Positions 56,796 through 64,000 of a stretch of 64,000 nt of DNA are shown one piece after another; position 1 is the first letter of the stretch; every line of letters begins with the position of its first letter. The stretch lies in assembly GCA_965226795.1 (NCBI GenBank), contig CBDDDZ010000005.1, forward strand, positions 1,583,920 to 1,647,919. Reading direction: 5' to 3'. The notes beneath the pieces are model-generated. The model saw nothing but the letters and a program-made list of their open reading frames with translations. It had not been told where the DNA came from and made no database searches. A program made the position numbers and the translations under genes. The DNA is from Candidatus Latescibacterota bacterium (GTDB lineage: Bacteria; Latescibacterota; UBA2968; GCA-2709665).

Positions 56796-56943
56796 ATCTC
56801 AATTCGTCTCCCGCCGGAGCGAAAATCTAATGGGTCTTGCCATCGCCGTCAAGTGAAATGTTATCGGGGAAGACCGGGCGCTCCGAACCGCATTCTCGCC
56901 GGCGACACGACAAACCTGAAGCGCCGAACCATTTGAGCGTATC

Positions 56944-58245
56944 TCATTCGGACTTGTAATACAGTGAGTTATAGTACCGTTCGGCAACGACCTTCCACAG
57001 GATATTGACCACGGCCGCGGCGGGTATCGCGATGAGCATTCCGATGAATCCCCAGAAATGGGCGCCGACAACCAGCGCAAACATCACCCAAACAGGATGC
57101 AGCCCAACGCGTTGCCCAACCACGCGAGGGGACAGGAAATTACCTTCGATGCCCTGCACTACCGCGAATATACCGACAACCTTGACCAGGTTGCCCGCTG
57201 GGTCCACGTCGAGTATCGCAACGAGGCACGCCACGCTGAACGCAACGGCCATTCCGATGTAGGGAATGAGGTTGAACAGCCCTGCCATAAGACCCAACAA
57301 GACGGCGTAGCGGATACCGAATACAAGAAGGCCGGCGGAGGTCAGCAACGCGACAAAACTGCTGACGAGCATCTGCCCGCGCAGGTATTGGCCCAGAACT
57401 TCGTCGACCCTCGACAATAACTCGCCGGCGGATGCGGCGTGCCGGCGGGGAAGTATCCGCGCCAGGGTCTGTTTGATGCGCTCGTAGTCCTTAATCATAT
57501 AAAAGGTCACGAAAGGGATCATCAGAAAATTCAGAAGCGTGGCCAGACCGGAACTCAACCCCTTGAGGGCCGCAATGGTCTGCTCAGCGAAAAGCTCGCC
57601 CAGCTGGGGCAATTGTTCCAGGAGCAGCTGGCCCTTGGGAAGTGTCATCCCTAGCGTTTGCAGCCACAAAAGGAACCGATCGTAGAGATCCTTGAGCATG
57701 GCCGTATAGCTGGGAACCTGACGGCCGAAATCAAGGAGTTCATGGGTCACCAAAGGAACGACCACAATGCCGATGCCGGACAATACCCCAAGTATGACGA
57801 CCACCATCAGGGCGATAGCAATCGTGCGGGACATCCAGCGCTCCATAAGGCCAACAAGCGGAGACAGCAAGTAGGCCAACACGAACGAGGTTACGAACGG
57901 CCAGAATAGCCCTGCCATGTCGCCCATTAGCCAGGCGCCAAACAGCAGAACCACCACCACCGCCACTCCCGCTTCAAACCTTACCCCCTTTCGCACCATT
58001 ACCAGTATGGCGAGCAGCAGGAGGCCGATCAGAAACGGAGAAAGTTCCTGGTGAATAACGTAGAGGAAACCTACAAGAAACAAGAGAATCGCCATGCGAA
58101 AGAAAGGCCTGTCGCCAGACAAGAAGCCGGACGCGAAATCTTCCGATGCGGGGGGCTGACTTTCTGTATCGCGGTTCAAATTACCCTCTCTTGACCCCTG
58201 TTCGGCCTGTGATTCCGTTCCCATACCATTGCCCTTAAAGGTCAC
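56944..58245 (-). CDS. AI-2E (PerM/YdiK) family transporter
   Basis: 433 aa. Multiple TM helices and the C-terminal GIEGNFLSPRVVG...HPVWVMFALVVG block. Confidence 0.75.
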   Translation of the reverse strand: MTFKGNGMGTESQAEQGSREGNLNRDTESQPPASEDFASGFLSGDRPFFRMAILLFLVGFLYVIHQELSPFLIGLLLLAILVMVRKGVRFEAGVAVVVVLLFGAWLMGDMAGLFWPFVTSFVLAYLLSPLVGLMERWMSRTIAIALMVVVILGVLSGIGIVVVPLVTHELLDFGRQVPSYTAMLKDLYDRFLLWLQTLGMTLPKGQLLLEQLPQLGELFAEQTIAALKGLSSGLATLLNFLMIPFVTFYMIKDYERIKQTLARILPRRHAASAGELLSRVDEVLGQYLRGQMLVSSFVALLTSAGLLVFGIRYAVLLGLMAGLFNLIPYIGMAVAFSVACLVAILDVDPAGNLVKVVGIFAVVQGIEGNFLSPRVVGQRVGLHPVWVMFALVVGAHFWGFIGMLIAIPAAAVVNILWKVVAERYYNSLYYKSE

Positions 58246-59093
58246 TATTCGGTTTCGACCTGCTTTTCATCCTTCGGCAGAACCAGAAACGTCTCTGACT
58301 GGATGTCTACGTTGAAAATGCGAAGATAGCGACTGTGATGAAGTCCATTCACTTCCCCGATCAACTCCAGGACTCCATCGCCGTCAATATCCAAATAGCC
58401 CAGACGGTCGCCAAATCCGTCGGCAAAGTACCACTCCATGATTAACGTATCGAGGTCCACGACCACACCCGTATTCAATACAACTTCCAGGCCGTAGTCA
58501 TCGTCGAAATCCGCGATCACCATGCTCTGGGCGTGAATCGATTCTTTAGGGATCACGTCGCTGATGCCCTGCTCGTACTGCTCCAGACAGTCGTATACAT
58601 GGATGTGCATCTCGCTATGGCTCAAGCTCTTGACCAGGTAGACGAGTTCCAGTTGAGGATCATCGTCCACATTCGCTATCGCGACGTGGGTAATATCCTG
58701 TTGGATCTGCCATATAAAACTGTAGTCGTCCGCACTGTATAGTACGATGCGCGTGAACGTGTAGGCGACAATTTCGAATTCCCCGTCCGCATCGACATCT
58801 TCCACAAAAACCCCGAGGACGGCGGATCCCAACGGCTCGCTTTTCCACTCCTCGTAGCCGCGTCCATCGACGTATCTTACAACATTCAGGCTGCCCCGCG
58901 CGTCTCCGTAAACGACCCGCAGGGTTGCCTCGTCTCCCGACGGCAGGATACGAACCTGAGGCATTTCATCGATACTTCCACCCCATTGGAATTGCCGGTT
59001 GTCACGTAAATGGTACCAGTCCGGGTTCCCGGCCTGGGCCGGCATCTGTGCCGTAAGCCAGAACAACGTGGCTATCCAGAAGTGGCATTGCAT
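58245..59093 (-). CDS. Secreted FG-GAP/VCBS-like repeat protein
   Basis: Signal peptide, then repeated (I/V)AN(V/L)D.D...E(L/I)V type motifs. Paralogous to the N-terminal part of the next gene. Confidence 0.55.
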   Translation of the reverse strand: MQCHFWIATLFWLTAQMPAQAGNPDWYHLRDNRQFQWGGSIDEMPQVRILPSGDEATLRVVYGDARGSLNVVRYVDGRGYEEWKSEPLGSAVLGVFVEDVDADGEFEIVAYTFTRIVLYSADDYSFIWQIQQDITHVAIANVDDDPQLELVYLVKSLSHSEMHIHVYDCLEQYEQGISDVIPKESIHAQSMVIADFDDDYGLEVVLNTGVVVDLDTLIMEWYFADGFGDRLGYLDIDGDGVLELIGEVNGLHHSRYLRIFNVDIQSETFLVLPKDEKQVETE

Positions 59094-59095
59094 AC

Positions 59096-60286
59096 CTATC
59101 GTTCCTCTAACTCGGACAGAATCGAGAAGATCTCACTGTTCGCACGAACCGCTTCTTCACCTTCCGGAACTGTACGATGGTGACACGCCAGGCACACCTC
59201 CCGGAGTTCCAGTTTATGGCAGTTCGTACATTGGTTTACATTGCCGTACGGCGCAAAAAACGGCGCCTCGCGAAGATGAAAACCCTCCGCATCGATGCGT
59301 CCACCCGGGTTCTGATGACCAACGGTGCTGGATACGCCTTCTCTTTCGTGGCAATCCTGGCAGAACGCCCTCAGTTTGTGGCAGGAAGCGCAGTCTGCGA
59401 TCCTTCCGGAGACATCCTCCCCGTGATTTCCTCGAAAATCCGAGGTGATCGAAATGACCTTAATGTATCTTTCGGGCCGTAAACTCTTGAATTCCCCAAT
59501 CAGATCCGGCGTGCCGTCGTGATCCACGTCCATGTAACCCATGCGGTCGCATCCGCCGAAGTGCCATTCGAAGTTGAGGGATCTTGCATCGATTACGACG
59601 CCGGTATTGATGGCGATTTCGAGTTCAGCGTCTTCGTCCAGGTTCGCGATGACCATGCTTTCGCCGATTAGGGTCTGTTCGCCCCTTCTCTCCTCCGCAA
59701 GATGTTTGCCGTCATAGACAAACAATCGGGAGCCATGCTCACCCGAAGCGTCCTCGGCTTCTCCGAGGAAGATTAACTCAAGCTGCGGGTCTCCATCCAG
59801 GTTTGCGATCGCCATTGTCGAGATCGTGGCATACTCGTCATCTTTGCTACGCCATATCAACTTATACGTTTCCGCATTGTAGATCACAATGTCACCCCAA
59901 TGCGAATACGCGACAATCTCAAGGAGACCGTCTGCATTGACATCCGCTACAAATACCTGTGCCACAGATGATTTAAGGGATTGGCTAACCCAGACCTCTG
60001 AGGATCGCCCCTCCCTGAACTCGAGCACGTGCAACTGGCCCTGGCGGTCTCCGTAAACCAGACGCCTGGCGGTGTGGGCTTCAGATGGAATGATCCGAAC
60101 GGTACGCATTTCGGAAAGGGCGCCGCCGAAGGAAACATCTTTACTCTTCGCCCATCGGAACCATTCCAGATCTCCTGCGTGCGCAAGCGTCAATCCCGCG
60201 CACAAGCAAGCCAACACCCAGAATACATTTCGAACAAGCAAGTCCCTCACGCCGAACCCCCGCTCAGAACAGACTGAGATCAACAT
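59096..60286 (-). CDS. Secreted FG-GAP/VCBS-like repeat protein fused to a C-terminal tetraheme c-type cytochrome module
   Basis: Four CxxCH motifs in the last ~90 aa: CASCH, CQDCH, CTNCH, CLACH. The N-terminal ~290 aa are collinear with 58245..59093. Confidence 0.7.
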   Translation of the reverse strand: MLISVCSERGFGVRDLLVRNVFWVLACLCAGLTLAHAGDLEWFRWAKSKDVSFGGALSEMRTVRIIPSEAHTARRLVYGDRQGQLHVLEFREGRSSEVWVSQSLKSSVAQVFVADVNADGLLEIVAYSHWGDIVIYNAETYKLIWRSKDDEYATISTMAIANLDGDPQLELIFLGEAEDASGEHGSRLFVYDGKHLAEERRGEQTLIGESMVIANLDEDAELEIAINTGVVIDARSLNFEWHFGGCDRMGYMDVDHDGTPDLIGEFKSLRPERYIKVISITSDFRGNHGEDVSGRIADCASCHKLRAFCQDCHEREGVSSTVGHQNPGGRIDAEGFHLREAPFFAPYGNVNQCTNCHKLELREVCLACHHRTVPEGEEAVRANSEIFSILSELEER

Positions 60287-61169
60287 TGAGATAGCGTTTC
60301 GGGTCCTTTTTGATTTCTTCGATCAGGCTGTCCACCGAGGTGAGCGTACGCTGCAGATCCAAATACAACCGTTCGTCGTGAATCAGGCGGCCCAGCGTCC
60401 CTTCACCGCGGCTCAGTTTTCCGCTCACTTCGTTCAGATTGGATAGTGACTTCCCGAGCGATTCCAACGCCGTCTCCATATTGCGCGCTACCCCATCCAA
60501 CCTTTCGGTCGCGCGCCGCATGTTTTCGACAACCTGCCGCATGTCCGACCGGTTCTCGCCCAGCATGCCCCGTGCGTCGCGCGTGGCCACGGCCGCGGTA
60601 TCCAGCACGGCTGTGAGGGTCTCGCGGTTCTCTGAAAGGGTCTGTTTCAGATGCACGGCCGAACTATCCATATTCGCCAGCAAGGCCTCTACGTGCGTGA
60701 GATTCCTATCGGCAAGCACCGCTTCCATGCGCTCCGCCAGCGAACTGGCATGTTCTGCCATCTCTTCAATGCCACCTCCCGACAACCCCTGCAGCGTGTC
60801 GTGGTCGGCATAAACCCTATCGGAGTCCGATCCCACCTGTACGTCGATCAATTTGCCCCCCAGCAATCCCTCCGCCTGCAAAAAAACCTTCGAATCCCGG
60901 GGAAGGTTTCGAAATTCCGCAAAGCCGATACTTACAAGGGGCAACCCTTGCGTAAGTCTGATTTCAAGCACCTTGCCGGCCCAGACCCCCCGGATGAACA
61001 CAGGGTCGCCGGGTTGCAACCCCGGTACGCTTTCGAAAAAAACATGCAACTGATATCCGCCGGCAGCCCCGGCGTAGTTCTCTGACAACCAGGCCGCACC
61101 GAGGACCGCAATCGCAATCGCCAGAAAAATGACGGCGCCCAGAACCATCTGTTTTTCTCGGCTGATCAT
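60264..61169 (-). CDS. mlaD: MCE/MlaD-family substrate-binding protein
   Basis: N-terminal TM, then MCE domain (GLQPGDPVFIRGVWAGKV) and a long helical C-terminus. Confidence 0.7.
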   Translation of the reverse strand: MISREKQMVLGAVIFLAIAIAVLGAAWLSENYAGAAGGYQLHVFFESVPGLQPGDPVFIRGVWAGKVLEIRLTQGLPLVSIGFAEFRNLPRDSKVFLQAEGLLGGKLIDVQVGSDSDRVYADHDTLQGLSGGGIEEMAEHASSLAERMEAVLADRNLTHVEALLANMDSSAVHLKQTLSENRETLTAVLDTAAVATRDARGMLGENRSDMRQVVENMRRATERLDGVARNMETALESLGKSLSNLNEVSGKLSRGEGTLGRLIHDERLYLDLQRTLTSVDSLIEEIKKDPKRYLNVDLSLF

Positions 61170-61181
61170 TCGTCACCTACT

Positions 61182-61937
61182 TCAGATTTTTCCGTGAACG
61201 AACATGTCATAGATATCGTTTCCGCTCCTCCCAATTTCCTCGGGAGTCCCTTGAATGGCTGTTTTTCCGTTGTAGAGCAGGGCAATCCTGTCCGAAATCC
61301 TGCGGGCAAGCGGCAGATCGTGGGTAACCACAACCGAAGTTACGTCCAGCTCATTTTGAAGTTTTAATATATAGTCACCCACTACAGTGGCCGTGCCCGG
61401 GTCGAGGCCCGTGGTTGGCTCGTCATAAAGGATAAAATCCGGTGACATTGCAATTGCCCTCGCCAGTGCCGCACGCTTCCGCATACCGCCCGACAGTTCG
61501 ACGGGCATCGTCAGCTCCGTCCCGGAGAGCCGAACGGCTTCAAGGCATACCCTGACCCGTTCTCCAATCTCGTGCTCCGACATTCGGGTATGCATACGCA
61601 GCCCGAATGCCACGTTCTCCTTTACATTCATTGAATCGAACAGCGCCGCGGACTGAAACAGCACGCCGATACGCTTTCGCAGTTCCTTTAGGTCATTCTT
61701 CCGGATGGTATTCATATCGTGGCCGGCCACCGTCACACGTCCGTGGTCTGGCTGTTCGATGCCGATAATATGTTTGAGCGTCACGCTCTTGCCGCATCCG
61801 CTGGGTCCCAGAATGGTGGTGACTTCTCCCCAGCGGATCTCCAGATCCATCCCTTTCAGCACTTCCAATTCATCGAATCGCTTGTACACAGCTTCGAATT
61901 TTACGGCAGCGCCATTCTTTGACAATTTTCTTCCCAT
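61182..61937 (-). CDS. mlaF: MlaF-like ABC ATPase
   Basis: Walker A GPSGCGKS, signature LSGGMRKR, Walker B ILYDEPTTGLD. Confidence 0.85.
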   Translation of the reverse strand: MGRKLSKNGAAVKFEAVYKRFDELEVLKGMDLEIRWGEVTTILGPSGCGKSVTLKHIIGIEQPDHGRVTVAGHDMNTIRKNDLKELRKRIGVLFQSAALFDSMNVKENVAFGLRMHTRMSEHEIGERVRVCLEAVRLSGTELTMPVELSGGMRKRAALARAIAMSPDFILYDEPTTGLDPGTATVVGDYILKLQNELDVTSVVVTHDLPLARRISDRIALLYNGKTAIQGTPEEIGRSGNDIYDMFVHGKI

Positions 61938-61992
61938 TTACCGAAACCCCAGGACGGGAGGACCCACATTCGAAGAGGAGGACAAAACGGTT

Positions 61993-62820
61993 TCAATAAA
62001 GCAATGTTTTGGTCAGGAAGTAGTCGAGAATCAATATTGAGGCCGCAGAGATCACCACCGCCGCCGTCGCCGCACGGCCCACCCCCTGCGCCCCACCCGA
62101 TGCCGACAGTCCGGCGTAAGAACCGTAGAAGGTGATCAACCCCCCGTAAACCACGGACTTGATCAGGCATACCACGAGATCGTACGCGCTGAAATCCAGC
62201 TTCATTCCCTTCACAAAATCCGCAACCGTTATATCCATTAGAAAAATAGACATCACATAACCGGCATAGATCGACGTGAAGGCAGAGAATACCACAAGCA
62301 CGGGAATCATTAAGATGCCGGCGAGAACCCGCGGCATGAGGAGGTAACCGACCGGATCCACTGCGAGGGAAACCAGCGCATCCACCTGTTCAGAAACCTT
62401 CATTGTACCCACTTCAGATGCAATGCCCGCACCCACCTGACCCGCCAAAACCAGCCCCATGAGAATCGGCGCCAGTTCCAGCAGCACGGAGCGGACAACG
62501 ATGCTGCCCACCATATAGTCCGGTACGTAGTCCTCCATCTGGTAGGCCATCATTGTGGATACGGCCATTCCACTGAACGCCGAAACAAGGATGACCAGAG
62601 ACAACGAATTCACACCAACTGAGTAACATTGTTCGACGATCTGCCGCCGGTAGAAGTAGACGTTTGGCAATTCGCCAAGAAGCCGCCGAAAATACCCGTA
62701 CATCGAATGGGTCAGCAGCAGAAAGCGGGCCGTTTTCAGGCCCATGAATTCCAACAATCGTTTCACGGGGTTATCCCGGCGAAAGATCGACGACCATTTG
62801 CGACCGCTCGCGGGCATCAC
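61993..62820 (-). CDS. mlaE: MlaE-like ABC permease
   Basis: RELAPILMGLVLAGQVGAGIASEVGTMKVSEQVDAL is the typical MlaE/Ttg2B block. Confidence 0.85.
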   Translation of the reverse strand: MMPASGRKWSSIFRRDNPVKRLLEFMGLKTARFLLLTHSMYGYFRRLLGELPNVYFYRRQIVEQCYSVGVNSLSLVILVSAFSGMAVSTMMAYQMEDYVPDYMVGSIVVRSVLLELAPILMGLVLAGQVGAGIASEVGTMKVSEQVDALVSLAVDPVGYLLMPRVLAGILMIPVLVVFSAFTSIYAGYVMSIFLMDITVADFVKGMKLDFSAYDLVVCLIKSVVYGGLITFYGSYAGLSASGGAQGVGRAATAAVVISAASILILDYFLTKTLLY

Positions 62821-63204
62821 CCGGAGTCAGCGGCGCAAGAGGCATATGCGGTCGTAATGGCGCAAAGGCGAAACCCAAATACCACGGTGCGATTCCGCCC
62901 ACGGACACGCTGGTTGAAACGCGACCATGGACGTTCGAACCTCGAAACCACATACGAACGCTCACGGGGCGGAGGGTTTGATCAACCCGATTCGGGATTT
63001 CGTGGCAGAGCCATCCTGGAGACGATCGGGCATCTCGAAATGGCGGCAATCAGTACCGTCTACCTATAGTGCGAGCCCCGACGCGATCCATAACCGGAAT
63101 CACTCTCAATTTAACCATTAAGTTCGGTTGGATCAACGACTTTGTACTTGTCTTGCACTGCCGGTTCCTCAGCTCAACCGACGCGCCGTATCGGTTTCGG
63201 TACC

Positions 63205-63242
63205 AGCAACAAAAATGCGGGCGAGGAAAACCCCCTACCCGC
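63205..63242 (-). terminator. Intrinsic terminator after the sigma-factor gene
   Basis: Minus strand reads GCGGGTAGGGGGTTTTCCTCGCCCGC followed by ATTTTTGTTG, about 30 nt after the stop at 63271. Confidence 0.45.
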
Positions 63243-63270
63243 GTGTTCTGGCGCCTACGCCGATGCGACA

Positions 63271-64000
63271 TCAGACCTGATCCTGCCAGGACTCCTCGGC
63301 ACGCACCCGTTGCTTGAAATATCGGCGCAGTTTGCCCAGGGCGCGATTTCGGATCTGGCGTACACGTTCCCGCGTGACACCCAGTTCGCTGCCGATCTCG
63401 CCCAGTGTCCTTCGATCTCCGCCTTCCAGGCCGAAATAGGACCGGATGACGTTTGCCTCCCTGGCGTCGAGACTACCCGCGAGGGAGGCGTTGATCAGTT
63501 CGGTGCGGTCTCTTTCCAGAACCTCCAGATCCGGGTGGGCTTCATCGCAGTCGAGCACCTGCAACAGGCTTTTTTCTCCTTCTGCGTCGATGGGAGATTC
63601 GAGGGAGAGATCCGACCGAGCGCACCGAAGCGCGCGTTCCGCGCGCTTTCGACTTATCTTCATATCATTCGCCACCTCGTCCACCGTGGGCACCCGCCCC
63701 AGTTCCTGGGTCATCTGTCCCCACCGCCGGGCCATGCGATCCATATCCTCCTGCCGGTTGGCCGGCATGGACACCGCGGAAGTACGTTTCAACGCATTCA
63801 ATATCGCCTGGCGTATCCACCAGACGGCGTAGCTGATGAATTTGTACCCCCGGGTTTCGTCAAACCGGTTCAGCGCTTCCATCAACCCCATGTTGCCTTC
63901 GGCGATCAGATCGGAAAGTGGCACCCCGCGTCCCTGGTACTCGAGGGCGACGCTCACGACAAAACGCAGATTGGAGGTGACTAGCCGATCGATCGCCTTT
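63271..64000 (-). CDS. Sigma-70-family RNA polymerase sigma factor; 5' end lies beyond the right edge
   Basis: The frame stays open to base 63999 (..AIDRLVTSNLRFVVSVALEYQGRGVPLSDLIAEGNMGLMEALNRFD..., regions 2.1-2.4). Region 4.2: TLGEIGSELGVTRERVRQIRNRALGKLR. Confidence 0.85.
   Translation of the reverse strand, partial: KAIDRLVTSNLRFVVSVALEYQGRGVPLSDLIAEGNMGLMEALNRFDETRGYKFISYAVWWIRQAILNALKRTSAVSMPANRQEDMDRMARRWGQMTQELGRVPTVDEVANDMKISRKRAERALRCARSDLSLESPIDAEGEKSLLQVLDCDEAHPDLEVLERDRTELINASLAGSLDAREANVIRSYFGLEGGDRRTLGEIGSELGVTRERVRQIRNRALGKLRRYFKQRVRAEESWQDQV

Noticed and set aside
1-64000. CRISPR arrays, rRNA genes, integrases, recombinases, prophage genes and reverse transcriptases.
   Set aside because: I found no regularly spaced direct repeats, no rRNA-like conserved blocks, and no ORF with tyrosine or serine recombinase, capsid, terminase or RT motifs in any frame of the ORF track.

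Overview
Visibly GC-rich bacterial chromosomal window of about 63 genes, all but three on the minus strand. There are no rRNA genes, CRISPR arrays, integrases or phage structural genes. All family calls come from motif recognition by eye; no homology search was run.

The left ~13 kb is an accessory, defence-type island:
- A truncated Mrr-like PD-(D/E)xK gene runs off the left edge.
- A co-directional operon follows: PLD-SNF2 helicase, two tandem VapBC toxin-antitoxin pairs, a 1149-aa gamma-class N6-adenine DNA methyltransferase, and an HNH nuclease.
- An IS256-family element with an intact 9-bp target duplication but a broken transposase sits exactly at the predicted -35 of that operon.
- Next to it is an AT-richer islet carrying an orphan PD-(D/E)xK nuclease gene and several palindromes.

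The remaining ~50 kb is mostly housekeeping:
- tRNA-Gly(CCC), miaA, mutL, hpt, uracil-DNA glycosylase and folE.
- rtcB-COG0523-archease-mobA.
- PBP1A, class I aldolase and ychF.
- A molybdenum hydroxylase operon with two tandem paralogous large subunits.
- An ABC-2 exporter, lexA, and two tRNA-Pro genes.
- An Mla-like operon extended by FG-GAP proteins, one fused to a tetraheme cytochrome c.
- A truncated sigma-70 gene at the right edge.

The best candidate for something new is the PLD-SNF2 / VapBC x2 / methylase / HNH operon, which I cannot place in BREX, DISARM or classical Type I-III.

Secondary curiosities:
- Two small palindromic insertions with identical arms inside the IS256 transposase.
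- A recurring AACTG-N-CAGTT palindrome.
- A ~90-nt dispersed intergenic repeat.
- A COG0523 metallochaperone wedged between rtcB and archease.
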